Below, piece by piece: positions 40,166-55,256 of a DNA stretch of 64,000 bases. How positions within the stretch are numbered: the first letter of the stretch is position 1; every line of letters starts with the position of its first letter. Under the pieces are notes generated by a model. It saw nothing but the letters and a program-made list of their open reading frames with translations. It was not told the origin of the DNA and did no database searches. The DNA comes from Octopus vulgaris (Eukaryota). Position numbers and translations under genes: made by a program. The DNA lies in the NCBI GenBank assembly GCA_951406725.2, contig OX597831.1:20522001-20586000 (forward strand), read 5' to 3'.

Positions 40166-41439
40166 GTTTTCAGTTCCAGGAAAGTTGATGTCAAAAAGTC
40201 TAAGGAACGTCTGTACAGTGGGCGTAGAAAGTTTGTTGTTAAAGAGACATTAGACATAATAACGATGAATGCCGGGAATTCAGACACAAGGTATATGTGC
40301 GTGAAGGAAATTATACATATGGTCTAAGTGCAGAAACGAAATTTGCTTAGTGGTTGCAAAACCAGATCTAAGGTTTTTTGCAAGCGAGGTAGACATTTTC
40401 CCGTCGAATGGTACTCAGTGCTCGGACAAAGAGATGAAAGGCAAAAGTCGATCTCGGCAGAATTTGATCTCAGGACGTAAAGAAGGTGGAAATGTTGCTA
40501 AGCATTTTGCCCAGCGTGTTAACGATTCTGCCAAGTTTTTTTCCTGACGCTCTAACAATTCCGTCGTCTTTGATTGTTGTATTTACAATAAGTCTCGGTC
40601 ATTTAATCGCATGGCCATTCCTTTGGAGGGAAGAGGGTAAGACGAATATATCGACTGCATTACTTGACTGGAACCCTTTGGTGGGGAACCTATACGTCAA
40701 GGAAACCGGGAAACCGGCCCTTATGAGCCAGGCGTGGCTCGAGAAGGAAAGAAACCCCAATAAAAACCATAGAAATAAATCTGAAATTTTGGGTAAAGGG
40801 GCTAGTCGATTAACATCGGCTGCAGTATTTGACGGGTTCTTATTTCATCGACCCCAAAAGGATAAAAAGTAAATTCGACCTCGGCGGAATTTGAACGGAA
40901 GTATAATCTTGTATGACAGTAATGAAAAGAACAATTATTCAGTATGTATCTTAAAAAGCAGGCCCCACTTAACGAATATGGTGCTGGGAATAATTAACAT
41001 GCCGTTCAACATGTATCCATTATAATTAATCGGATACATTTGCAATTCACACTAATTACGGGGCCGAAATTTTATTTCTGATTAAGTAATTCCATTCAGT
41101 TTGAGACTACAAATATTAAAAGGAAATGATAAACTGTTGAATGAAAATGTTTTATTTATGCGTATAACACTGAAATAAAATTTTAATGCAGATTTAAATT
41201 GCAACTGCATAGTTAAACCTTAAATATTTCAAACATAGAAGTTCATTAAAATCTTGCATAATTACACAGTTGCTAATCTTTAGCACTAAATAAACCTTTT
41301 TTTTAAAATCATCACGGCGAACGATAACATTATTCCGGACCTCTTTATCATCGCTGCCCGTAATTATGGTTATAGATAGGCTGGTCGTAACTATAGGCTT
41401 GCTCATTATCTGTTGTTTCCGCCTTCTCTTTCATTTCAC

Positions 41440-42162
41440 CTTCCTCATTGTCCTCCTCCTATTCCTCCTCCTATTCCTTCTCCTCTTTCTTCTCTTCCTC
41501 CTCCTTCTTCCTCCTTCCTCCTCCTTCTTTCTCCTCCTCCTTCTTCCTCTTTCTTCCTCCTCCTTCTTCCTCCTCTTTCCTCCTCCTTTTCCTCCTCTAC
41601 TTCCTCCTCTTCATTTTCCTCTTCATCCTCGTCGTCGTCGTCGTCCACCTCACCACCACCACCACCACCACCACCACCACCACCACCACCACCACCACCA
41701 CCACCACCACCACCACCACCACCACCAACACCACCACCAACACCACCACCACCACCACCACCACCACCACCACCACCACCACCACCACCACCACCACCAC
41801 CACCACCATCATCATATTATTGTCGCCGTAGCTGTCGTTGACGTCCTCGTCATCATCATCGTCGTCGTCGCCATAGTCGTTGTCACCACCACTGCCACCA
41901 CTACCATCACGATCATGATCATCAAGATGATGATGATGATCATCATCATCAAAATCATTGTCAACAACCATAATAAAAAAACAGTGACCGTAATAATTAC
42001 GATACGACAACGTCTATTATTATCGTCGTTTTCGTCGTCGCCGTAATCGTCGTCATCGTCGTCGTCGTCGTTGTCATCATCGAAAACCATCGTCAACAAT
42101 AAGAAAAAGAACAACAGTAATGATTACAACATAGCATCGTCAATAATCACCATAGTCATCAT

Positions 42163-42193
<31 letters not shown>

Positions 42194-42331
42194 AGCAGCG
42201 TCATCATTATCATCATCATCATCATTATCATTCTCATCACTATTGTTGTCGTCATCACAATTATCACCATCAACGTCGTTGTCGTCGTCATGCAATCGTC
42301 TTCTGTAGCGTCAAATGCTATACATAATACT

Positions 42332-42382
<51 letters not shown>

Positions 42383-42395
42383 GTAATAATAATAA
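41440..42395. repeat. About 1 kb compound trinucleotide array (TCC/TCT, CAC, CAT/CGT, CAG, TAA)
   Basis: Seen directly; produces the poly-H/P/T/V/I ORFs. Confidence 0.95.
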
Positions 42396-42597
42396 TGGGA
42401 ATCTTTATTTTCTACAGCGAGAAATTAATGTTCCGTTTGCAGATCAGAGGCATTTAGGGAACCAGAAAAGTGCCTTCATTTGCGCATGACTAAACTCCAC
42501 CAATTCTCAGTTACGCCATTTAATCCAAACTGTGTATTTAAATGGATTATCGATATGAAAATTTAAGGCTGACAAACGCTTGTAAATTTGCTAGAAA

Positions 42598-42748
<151 letters not shown>

Positions 42749-42763
42749 TATATACACATATAC

Positions 42764-42818
<55 letters not shown>

Positions 42819-42949
42819 TATATATGTACATATTAGTATATACACACAAATATATATATATTTATTTATGCTTGCATATATATGTATATAACGGTGCTTT
42901 TATTTCGTTATTAAACACACATATGCATACATATGTGTATATATAATAA

Positions 42950-43812
42950 TAACTTTATCAAAAAATACTATGAGGATAAAAATAAACCTTCTTTTCTATA
43001 ATGTTATTCAATAAAGCCACTTTCAGCTTCAACAACTGCTTCTATATGAGATCTAAATCATCTACATGCTCGAATCAAGTGGACCTGGTTCATTTTGGAC
43101 ATTACTAGGACTATGGCAGCTTTCAAAAAATCTATGGCGTTACGGGCGTGTTTATTGACATCTCACTCAACAACGCTCCACATGTAATAGTCCAATGGAT
43201 TGAGATCTAGGCAATTAGGAGGACAAATGTTAGGGGTTATTTTCAGCCATCCATTCTTGTGTTACTAGAGCCATGTGTAATAGCGCAGAGTCTTTCTGAA
43301 ACAAATATGGCCTTCCACTGTCTTAACAATTATTTCCAGGACCTCAATGTGGGCGGCATAGTTAACTCTAAGGCCTTGTGGAAAGAAGTAAGGAGGCGTT
43401 ACATGTCCTTCATTGCTGGCAACCCTTAAAACCATGACAGTTGCAGGAAGGTTTGTATGCATAACACTTGGAACTTCAGAAGGGTCTGACATAACCATCT
43501 ATAATTTCTTCTGTTAACCTTTTGATCTTCGTCGACGTTTTTCTCGTTTTAGAAAAAAAAAACTGATCAAATTTTCTTCCTCTAGATGTTTCAATTTTGC
43601 TCAAGAGCCTTTTACATCTGATATAGTGATTTTCTTTTGCTTTTTGTGACAAATTGACCAATTCTCATCATATAAGACTTATATCTGATGTCTTCGTGGG
43701 CAACATTTCTGACTGTTCCTTCTGACACATAGATATATCTATTGCAATTGACTTCATGCACTTTCTGGGATTGTAATCGATGATCTGTTGAACTTGCGCT
43801 GAATAAATTTGA
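42950..43812 (-). mobile_element. Tc1/mariner (maT-like) transposon, truncated second copy
   Basis: Homologous to 50870-51730; PPNCLDLNPLDYYMWSVVE. Confidence 0.85.
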
Positions 43813-44084
43813 GGTATAGAATTATCCACAATTTTGTATATTTTCTTGCTGATTCCCTCGCGTTCGTACCTGTAGTTGAATATAGAGAGCAAATTTTAGA
43901 ATGGATTGTAGGTATTTGACATCTACTTCTAGCGCAGGTGCTGGTTATTTCCAGTAGCCCTTAACTATTAATATAATTATACTTTTATTATTATATATGT
44001 AAAAGAATTAATATTACCTATACGGTCATTTTTATGCGCTAGGCCACTGATATCATTTTTATGATTATATCCCTATTTTATATA

Positions 44085-44961
<877 letters not shown>

Positions 44962-45589
44962 GCATATACAAAGATGTATGATGAATACATATACACACAC
45001 GTACGCACGTGCACACACGCACGTGCATACACGCTCACATACACAAGTATATACATATATAAAATGTATACATACTTTAGTTTTAAAACAGAACAAACAG
45101 CGAGGGATTATTAATCCGGGCAAAATACTTCATAAGCTCTTTGTTGGCACATAAGGTTGACAATATTTCTTAGATTAGTGAAGAACTCCAGGTAATTTTC
45201 TGGTAGGCTCCAAGGTTATGGTTCATCACAATTCTATATTGTAAATCCGTGGATGGGCTCAGACAAACTGGTTTTTAGACAGAGTGTTAGATAAGAAACA
45301 AGTTAAAAATAGTGGTCATTACATATTCCTCTATTGCAGTAAATTTGGCTTACAGCTGTTTCCAGTAGCTATTATAGATACGTTACTGATAGGTTTACTC
45401 AGTTGGTCTATTGATCAATTGAGGCAAATTGAACTACCTAAGAAAATTAATGCTACTTTCATCAGAGCCATTTCTGGTTATAACGAGTAGAGACTGGAGG
45501 AATGGCTATTGTGTAAGGAAGGTGGGAGGAGAAGATGGGAATGTTCAAGTAGAAGAGAAAACTTTAATTTTAAGTCGACTAGATTATTT

Positions 45590-46080
45590 TTCATAGCTTT
45601 TGTCTCCAAACACGCCCGCTCACATTGAATCAGTTCAAAGTTTACAGAAAACGTTCACTCGTGAGATAACTTCGCTCTAAAGACTTGATTATTGGAAACG
45701 ACTCGAACTTTACGTTGCTATTCCTTTGATAGTCGTAGAGAGAGATATGTTGTCTTTTTTATGTATACGAGATCTTAGAAGGTCATATTCCAAACTTCGG
45801 CATGAAAGAAAACTTTAATGCAAAAACTGGTAGATACTGCCAGCTTTCACATATACTGTCTCAAATATCACAAACAAAAGCATTTTAATACAACAATCTA
45901 ATATTTCAAGGCTCTCAAGTGTTTAACTGATCACCTAAGCAAATCAGACACGTAAAAGGGACTTCTATCGAAATATTTAAGAAATCATTGGATGGACTAC
46001 TCGCCAAAATTCCAGCCCAGCAAAAAATATACAAGTTTACATTAAAGGAAGGTCAGCTGCTTCTAACTTAAGTATAGAGT
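45590..46080 (+). mobile_element. CR1/L2-type LINE 3' end relic
   Basis: LQKTFTR...LDYWKRL...RRERY...ILEGHIPNFG...PKQIRHVKG..IEIFKKSLDGLLAKIPAQ. Confidence 0.75.
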
Positions 46081-46257
46081 AACTTCCAGCTACAAAGCTC
46101 CTACAAAATTGAGAAGTTGTAATAAATAAATAAATAAATAAACGAATAATTAAATAAATAAATAAATAAATATAAATCTGGAAACGGCAGCGCTTTTGCA
46201 TGACCGCAATCTATTGACGGAGACAGCATAAATAAACAAAAGAATAAGGAATACTTA

Positions 46258-46694
46258 TCTATTATATAAAATCCGTTCTGTATGTCTGTGTGTGTGTCTT
46301 CTAGGATCTCGGGCATCCTCCATCCGATTGCGCTCAAATTTGATATGTACATATCGACGGTATCAGGGCGTGTGTAAGTCTTGAAAAAATTACAAAACTC
46401 GATTCCAGGTGAGAATGCGATCGATAAAGTGAATAAAATCGTTTTTCTTTGGAACAGGAAAAAAGTCTATCTTTATTTCTTCTTTTGCTGGTGTCTCAAA
46501 TTTAGGTTAAATCAGTGTTTCTCAAAGGGGATGCCTATGGGACGGTCGGACAAGTTGTTTTGAGTAAATTTGGTTTAAATGTTTGACAACTCAGCACCAT
46601 CCATTGGACGCGGGGGAGGGATTTTTCTCGTGTATATATAAGCACACATATACATGCATTTGTAATTTTGAAGGGGCATCCTGCCGCATACTAG
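46258..46694 (+). mobile_element. Non-autonomous Helitron
   Basis: A|TCTATTATATAAAA 5' end, subterminal GGCA-TCC-TGCC hairpin, CTAG|T 3' end; inserted between A and T with no TSD. Confidence 0.75.
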
Positions 46695-47264
46695 TTCTAT
46701 TCACTTCAGTTTTATGATAAATTAATTACATAATTATTTAGATAATTAATTGATTAATTGGCTTGTTGAAGTTCTTATTTTTAACGATGATGATTTTCCT
46801 CTTCTGTACACTTTGTTGCACCCACGCCATACTATGTGTCACTTGCTTGGAACATGATGTGGATTTCGAGAAACCAAACAGTCAATTAACAGATTACTCA
46901 ATTAATCATTTATGTAATTATATGATAATAAACCAGAAACGAAATAAAATCAGTGTATTTCAGTTGTTTGATCCTTCTTACGCTGTCTACATCGAGAAAT
47001 TTTCATGATAAATTATAGTGAATGTACACGTATGTATGTATGTATGCATGCATGCATACCTGTATGTATGTATGTATGTATGTATGTATGTATGTATGTA
47101 TGTATGTATGTATGTATTTATGCATGCATGCATGCATGTATGTATGCATGTATGTATGTATGTATGTTTGTATGTATGTATGCATGTATGTATGCATGTA
47201 CACACACACACATATATATATATACACATATATAAATTTAAAATAATAGGAGGAGGAGGAGGAA

Positions 47265-47599
47265 GGGACCCCTTCGGTCATGAATGATCATGGGATTGCA
47301 CCTACAAAGTTACCCTCTGAGGTACAAGTCCGGGCAAGGTTGTTTGTGGAAGGCCAGCAGTCGCCCATGCATACCAGCCTCCCCTCTGCACACCACTGAT
47401 GTTATCCAAGGGAAAAGCAAAGGCCGATACTGCTTGGCACCAGTGATGTCACAACTCATTTCTAAAACTGAGTGAACTTGAGCAATGTGAAATAAAGTGT
47501 CTTGCTCAAGATCACAACACGCAGCCCAGTCCGGGAATCGAACTCACAACTTCACGATCGTAAGCTCTACGTTCTAACCACTGAGCCATGCGCATTCAC
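47265..47599 (-). mobile_element. tRNA-derived SINE, head type 2 with tail type 3
   Basis: Head matches 23394; tail ...GGTGCAATCCCATGATCATTCATGACCGAAGG matches 59622-59790. Confidence 0.85.
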
Positions 47600-47729
47600 A
47601 AATTAAAAATAATAAGGATGAAAAATTGAATATTAATTTGATTCATATCAATTTAAAACCAGTGGTCTAGTATATTAAAATCTGAAAATTCAAAAAAATT
47701 ATATTACATACATACTACATGGAATGACG

Positions 47730-47801
47730 ATCATACTGATGAGCTATGGACAATTACGTAAGTAATTTGCCTAAGTGGTAATAGCGAAACTACTTTATGA
47801 T
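47730..47801 (+). ncRNA. Type-I hammerhead ribozyme motif, one stem III mismatch
   Basis: ATCATA-CTGATGA-GCTAT-(AATTAC GTAA GTAATT)-ATAGC-GAAAC-TA-CTT-TATGAT; lies in element about 47615-47920, homologous to 44135-44605. Confidence 0.75.
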
Positions 47802-47914
47802 TAAACTATATTTTGTTTATTTTCATTTGTCTTGCTCGCTTACGTTCTGGCGTTTGGTAACTTTTCTTGAGAACATTCCTATCATAATGGATGTCCACGT
47901 AGTGGTCACCCCTG

Positions 47915-47952
<38 letters not shown>

Positions 47953-48240
47953 ATAGTATGAGGGTTATTACGCAAGTAAATTTCAGAAATCGTTAAGAGG
48001 GATATATAATCCAGGCAGGTACCGTGCTCGCTCTTATTGGTTAACAGTGCTGAATGTAGATAAACTCCGGTTAGTTAAATTTACTCTGCTCACTTGATCC
48101 TCACTTCGGTAAATCCAAATGTCCTTATAAAGACTGCATAGTGCCGGTAGAGAAGAAATAGGAAATTAATAAATATCATGAGAACAAAGATTTACACATT
48201 TAAGTTTTATTATATAGTTAATCACATCTTTATTTGTCAG

Positions 48241-48326
48241 GAGCTACGCGCGTTTCCGCTGCAAGCCGGTGCAAACTGCAAAGTGTGCATCTTGGTGTTA
48301 ATTACCGGTGCTGCTTTATCAGGTTC
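48241..48326 (-). ncRNA. Degenerate hammerhead motif (PLE type)
   Basis: GAAC-CTGATAA...GAAAC-GCGC-GTA-GCTC; palindromic stem III ACGCGCGT, G8 mutated. Confidence 0.55.
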
Positions 48327-48489
48327 GGATATAACTGTAGTTCAGATATCATCTGAATTGTGTATAAGCTCAACCAAAATTATTCTTTTGTGTGGTGTTA
48401 GCGTTACTATATATCTTGAACTTTTAACAGAGCCAGAGTATTGACTTAATTTAAGAGAGTAGGTTCCAGTAAATTCCTAACTGAAATTA

Positions 48490-48590
<101 letters not shown>

Positions 48591-48878
48591 CAGAGGCAGA
48601 TAACGTTTCTTATTGTCAGAGTTGAGATATATCACCAAAAACAAAAAACAACTCAACTGAAATGTGTTTTGTTACTGAAAATTATAGAGATGGTGGTGGT
48701 GGTGATGGGTTGATAGCGAAAAATTACGGGGAGAAGATATAATAAAAAGAGGGAAAAGACAACACCGATGTTTAAAGACAGCTAAATTACGAGTGCCATA
48801 AAAATGCAAATCATCCTTTCGTTCTAAAAATAGCTCCTCTTAATTTTTCATTCTGTGGAATTTACACGGGGCCCACTA

Positions 48879-48946
<68 letters not shown>

Positions 48947-49444
48947 TTGTGTGTGTGTGTATGTGTGTGTGTGTGTGTGTGTGAATGTGTGTGTATCTAT
49001 ATATAAATCCCCAAAGCGGAATAAGAATGTAACGGATGACAATAAAAACATACGGACAGAGATAGACAATACAAAGACTGACAGGAAAGAGCAGGACGGA
49101 TCATTTGTGGTGCTCTGTTCATCAGTCAAGCTTCCAATTATCATTACAGTTTCGGCCTGTTATACTTGAGACTGTTAAAAATTGGTAGGCCCAAAAAATC
49201 CAAGCTAAGAGCATTAAACTTTCGGAAGAAAGCAAGCGAATGTGCACGAAAACACAGAAAAAGAAACGAGAAAACAGAGAAAATGTTACACGATTACAAA
49301 TACAAACAACAAAAGAATAACAAGAGGTATCTTTCGACTAATAAGGTTAATTTAAGTTGAGCTAACGAGTGCAGTGAAAGCCTTGAGGCACAAACATAGA
49401 TGAAAGTCAGGAGACATGAAAATAAGGTGTTGTAAGTTATATAC

Positions 49445-49738
<294 letters not shown>

Positions 49739-50133
49739 TGCAGTACCAGGCCGTGGCTTTCATGACTTTTCATCTTAACTGATTGCAAGTGTTATCATGT
49801 ACATTGTTTAGTCTTGGTATAAAAGATGGGCTACAGCAAATATTCTGCTCAGTACTACAGATTTGCTTGTCAATTGTTTGACCATAAGCAGCTGAGCATG
49901 TCCCTTCATGGCTGACGATATGTGCATCTCTGATCACGAGCAGAAATAGTGAGGGAGCATCATAGCCATGTGTTGAGAGGAATTCTTTGGGGTTTGGATA
50001 ATTCATCTCTGGAAACATGGGTGTTTTGTTCAAAATCCTTAAACAACCCTTATTCAAGGACCTTTTGAGCGGGATGGGCTACTCGAGCTGAAGAAAATTC
50101 TAACTGGGCCCCACCTGCAAGGTCATGTGCTGT
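49739..50133 (+). mobile_element. Interspersed repeat family C, 5' part directly after (TAA)n
   Basis: TGCAGTACCAGGCCGTGGC... reverse match to about 5225-5615. Confidence 0.75.
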
Positions 50134-50801
50134 TAAACATTGAATTTTTTTTCGTTGTACATGCTATTATTCTATTTGTTCGTTTGCTATAAATGTTTGC
50201 TTTAGTTTATCATACATGACTTTCATTGAAATAAGCTTCAATGCGGTTGTGTCATGCATCACGAGAAAAATAACCACATGCTACAGAACGCTTAAGGTAT
50301 GATATAGGATCCCTAATGCCTACTGCAATTGCGATCTCATTTCATGGGCTTTCATTTCTTACTAACTGCCAAATTTGTGTTAGAAAAACTCAATTCTTTA
50401 TCATATGATTAACTGCAAACAAAATTGGTAAATATACATTTTAAGTTTATCAACTTGAAACGACTTCTAATTACAAGCGAATTCACCTTAAACCGTCCAA
50501 AGTCGTGCGCCATTATAATAAATTACACCGTCCAAAGGACTGATGAGTTTGTATATGTATATGTATACACACACACACACACACACACACTCACACACAC
50601 TCACACACATATTAACGTACATATGATTTGCCCATAATACATACATATATGCATACGTACATGCATGCGTACATATATACAAACATAGTACATGCATACA
50701 TGCATACACACGTACATATATAATTCATACATGCATACATACATACATACATACATACATACATACATACATACATACATACATACATACATACATACAT
50801 A

Positions 50802-52037
50802 CAAGGTGCATAAGATATTTGAGGATATATTTATGCTTATAAAAATAGATATATAATAACAGATAACATTAGTTTTAAAAAAATGCTATGAGAATAAAAA
50901 TATACCTTTTCTATAATGTTATTCAATAATGCCAACTTCAGCTTCAACAACTGCTTCCATATGAGACCTAAACCATCTACATGCTCGAAATAAGAGGTCC
51001 TGGTTCATTATGGACATTATTCTGACTATGGCAGCTTTCAAAGAATCTTCATTGACCTCTTTCTCAACAACGCTCCACATGTAATAGTCCAATGGATTGA
51101 GATCTGGGGAATTAGGAGGCCAAATGTTAGGGGTTATGTGATCATGAACATTTTCAGCCATCCATTCCTGTGTTACTAGAGCCATGTGTGATAGTGCTGA
51201 GTCTTACTGAAACACATATGGCCTTCCATTGCATACACTGTCTATCCAGTGCTTAACAATTATTTCCAGGACCTCAATGTTGGCGGCAGAGTTAACTCTA
51301 AGACCTTGTGGAAAGAAGTAAGGAGTCATGAGATATCCTTCATTGCTGACAATCCTTAAAACCGTGTCAATTGCAGGAAATTTTGTATGCTTAACACTTA
51401 GAACAGCAGAGGGGTCTGCGCATGACCATCTAGCATTTGTTTTGTTAACTTTTTGATCTCAGTTGAAGTATTTCTTGTTTTAGAAAAAACTAAATCAAAT
51501 CTTCTGCTGGATTTTTCAATTTGATTAAGATCCTTTTAGACCTGATGTAGTGATTTTCTTTTGGCCTTCCTGACAAATTGACCTTTCCTCATCGTATAAG
51601 ACTTATATCTGATGTTTTCGTGGACAACATTTCTGGCTGTTCCTTCTGACACATGGAGCTCGTTTGCAATTGACTTCATGGTCTCTCTGGGATTGTAATT
51701 AATGGTCTGTTGAACTTGCTTAATAAATTCAGGTGTTCTAATGATTTCAGAGCGTTTAGAATACTTTTTATGATTTGATACCGGAGATATGTTTTTGTCT
51801 TCAGTCTCTCGCTCCTTACAAACTTTGTAGGTTAAAGATCTGACAAAATTTAAAAATCGAGATATTTGTAAATCGCTATGTTCCGCCTTTATAAGCACAA
51901 TACCAACACGACTCTTCATTTCTTGGGTAAGCTGAGATTCTAGCATTATTATTTTCTGAAACAAAGATTATACAGAGTTAGCAAAAAATGCAGCAATAAC
52001 CCCAAAAGTTATGTCCTCAAATAACTTACGCATCCTG
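50802..52037 (-). mobile_element. Full-length Tc1/mariner (maT/DD37D-like) transposon with disrupted transposase
   Basis: Imperfect 28-bp TIRs CAAGGTGCATAAGATATTTGAGGATATA / TATGTCCTCAAATAACTTACGCATCCTG; HTH region in ORF 51536-51964; WPPNSPDLNPLDYY in ORF 50919-51185; stops and frameshifts between them. Confidence 0.9.
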
Positions 52038-52369
52038 AACATATATATATATATATGTATGCACACACACACATATATCTATAAATACACACATACACAT
52101 ATATATGTGTGTGCATATATATATATAAATATATATATACATCTAAAATAGGATAAAAATTTTCGAAATAACTTTTATCAATGGCCAGCATATTAAAAAA
52201 TACCTTTAAAGGTTAAATTTATAAATAACTTTATAAAATAAGGGCAAAAGAAAAAAATTCTAATGCCAAATATGCCGAAAATAGACAAATTGTCATTAAC
52301 CATTATAATTTATCACAATTAGAATACATCTCGAAACAAACCGATAGAAATTTCTAAAAAATTCCGTTA

Positions 52370-52430
52370 TTACCGTATTGGTCCCAATTTCAGAGTTAAT
52401 TCATAAGAATTTTCTCCTCCTCAGCGATAA
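52370..52430 (-). ncRNA. Type-I hammerhead ribozyme, apparently intact
   Basis: TTATCG-CTGAGGA-GGAG-(AA AATTC TTAT GAATT AA)-CTCT-GAAA-TTGG-GA-CCAA-TA/CGGTAA; all core nucleotides present, AUA cleavage triplet, G-U at the base of stem II. Confidence 0.8.
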
Positions 52431-52597
52431 ATACGCTCTTATTTTATAAGTTATATATATATATATATATTATATTAAGTTAGAGATAAAACCACTATTA
52501 GGCAAATCAAACAATGAAAAACATAAGCCAATACATAAAATTAATTAATATATATTATTTTAAATATATATCAAAAGTATTAAAAGTTTAATAAAAG

Positions 52598-52631
<34 letters not shown>

Positions 52632-52633
52632 TA

Positions 52634-52697
<64 letters not shown>

Positions 52698-53106
52698 ATA
52701 TATATATTATATGTATATGTGTATGCAATATATCCGTATGCAAACAAACATGTATGAAAAGATTTTTTATAGAAAAAAATCAGAAATGATTTCCATGCTA
52801 TAATTGATATTAATTGAAGGTAAATTACTTTCGTGTGATAATATTTTGAATAATTGAATTGAATTTTTAATAAGAGCACATATGTAAGACTGTTTTGTAC
52901 ATAGTTTTTAGATATGAATATATATATACACGCACATATCTATGTATGCATATATATGTATGCATGTTGGTGTGCATATATATATATATATATATACATA
53001 CATATATAAATGTATATATAGATGTATGTATATAAATATATATGTATTTATATAGATATAGGTATATATATGTGCGTGTGTGAATATTTGTGTGTGTGTG
53101 TGTGTA

Positions 53107-53158
<52 letters not shown>

Positions 53159-53409
53159 TGTGTTTATATTAATGCTTGGTTTTATGCCGAGTTACAATAG
53201 GAAGAAATTTACATTAAACTGAGGGATTACAAAATATTGTTTTTTAGAGCATATGTTTATTAATGTTTAACAATGTGCTGATAGTAAGTTCAGTATTTCG
53301 GCCTGCTTAGCCTTCATCATGTATGTATGTATGTATGTATGTATGTATGTATGTATGTATGTATGTATGTATGTATGTATGTATGTAGCACTTGCGGTAG
53401 CACTTGCGG

Positions 53410-54185
53410 AATTTAGGCTTCTATTCCATTCTTCCCCGATGTCAATGAAGAGGTTGACAATCCAGTCAGGAACTCGAAGAGCAAACAGATCATGAAATCG
53501 ATTCTCCATATCTTCGTGCAGTTTGGTGAGGTGGGAGCAAAAGACAAGCAGATCCTCGTCTGCAGGTTTTCCGTCCTTTACAAAACCAGTCAAGCAAGGA
53601 AGCTGGAATAATTCCCTGCGTCCAATATTGCGTTTATACATAACAAGTTTCGCTTGAAATGTTCAAATGGTTGACTTAACTTGGATGAGATTTACACCAT
53701 CTCCTTACAGCTGCTTACTCACTTCGTTGACTTTAGTGAATAAGTCAAACAAGTATGCAATATCATTCTTTATACTTTTAAGCCTCACACTAAGTTTCGA
53801 GAAGGCAGTATCAAAGAACTTCGTTACTGAATCAAACAAAGCATAAAAGCGATACAGACAATTTCCCCGTGAAAACCACCTCACCTCTGTGTGGAACAGC
53901 AAGATTTGAGTCTTCGTCGTTTTCAAAGCAAATCTGTTGAAACAAGCGAGAGTTCAGAGCATGAGATTTGATTTTATTCACAGCGGTGAGGACCGTGTTT
54001 AGGGAATAGTGAAGACGGCCACTGAGGTTTCGTGCAAAAAGATGTTGTCAGTGAACCATGCAGTGCATCGGGAAGACATCAGGTAGACTGACTTTGAGAT
54101 AACTGAGGAAGCCGCGATGACAGCCAGTTGCAACGAATGCATTGAGATTATTGGGGATAGTGAGCAAACAATATCTGTATCCATT
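53410..54185 (-). pseudogene. hAT (Buster/Charlie, SCAND3/ZBED8-like) transposase relic
   Basis: MHCMVH, NSRLFQQ, LLFHTEVRWFSRGNCL, IAYLFDLF, HLTKLHEDMENRFHDL...PDWIVN. Confidence 0.9.
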
Positions 54186-54430
54186 TATACACACACACAC
54201 AGAGACACAGACACAGACACACACACAAACATACACACACACATACACACACACACATACACACAGACACACACTGACACACACACAAACTTGTTCGTGT
54301 GTGTGCGTGTGCCTCGTTTTGGGTACAGAAGGAATTTCGTCTCCAGTATTTATTGCCTACTGAGGTCAAAGGCTATTGCTCTGGGTACAAAGTGAAAGTG
54401 ACCAGCTTTTCAACAACGTCAAATAACAAC

Positions 54431-54476
<46 letters not shown>

Positions 54477-54629
54477 AATACATCTATACACAGCTAAATC
54501 AAAACCGTCTGGAATCTTAATAAAAAGAAATATGACCACATCCATACAAATATTCTCTCTCCCTTAAACTAATGAATACAAAAGAATTAAGAAAAGGAAG
54601 ACCATGAAATGTAATTGTAATTCTTACTG

Positions 54630-54836
54630 GTTCATCTATCACGGTTTACATACCGCGGTTCATCTGCTGCGGTTTGTTAAGCTTTCGCCGATTTATCAGT
54701 GGTGTTGTTTCGCATTTATAAAAAAATAAATCTATACAAATTATAAGAATAATGAAAAAATATAAGTTCTGTTTCTACTTTCACCTATCATAGGGTGGCT
54801 TGGAACGTAGCATTCGCGATTCCGAGGGATTACTGT
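54630..54836. mobile_element. pogo/Tigger-like MITE fragment
   Basis: Terminal CGCGATTCCGAGGGATTACTG|TA (reverse CAGTAATCCCTCG) and repeated CGGTT motifs. Confidence 0.55.
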
Positions 54837-54890
54837 ATATGTATATGTGTATATATATATGTGTATATATATGTATATATATATGTATAT

Positions 54891-54956
<66 letters not shown>

Positions 54957-55068
54957 GTGTACTCCTTATTCAATCCGAATTAGGGACTTTGCAGCCTTTG
55001 AAACATATGTAGAAAATAATAAAAAGGAATTTTGTTAAATCTTCGTTCAGCTCCATTTCTTCCTATAC

Positions 55069-55129
<61 letters not shown>

Positions 55130-55140
55130 GTATATAAATA

Positions 55141-55192
<52 letters not shown>

Positions 55193-55193
55193 C

Positions 55194-55256
<63 letters not shown>

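Noticed and set aside
41366-42457. 226-aa poly-His ORF and overlapping ORFs
   Set aside because: A compound trinucleotide array open in most frames on both strands; not credible coding sequence.
49100-49195. Minus-strand GGCCGAAACTGTA ... CTGATGAA motifs
   Set aside because: Core halves are in permuted order without complementary stems I and II.
50919-51964. Potentially active transposase gene
   Set aside because: The ORF is broken by stops and frameshifts between the HTH and catalytic segments, and the TIRs have diverged.
54990-55015. GAAAC-ATAT-GTA palindromic stem III
   Set aside because: No upstream CTGANGA core; at most a truncated relic.
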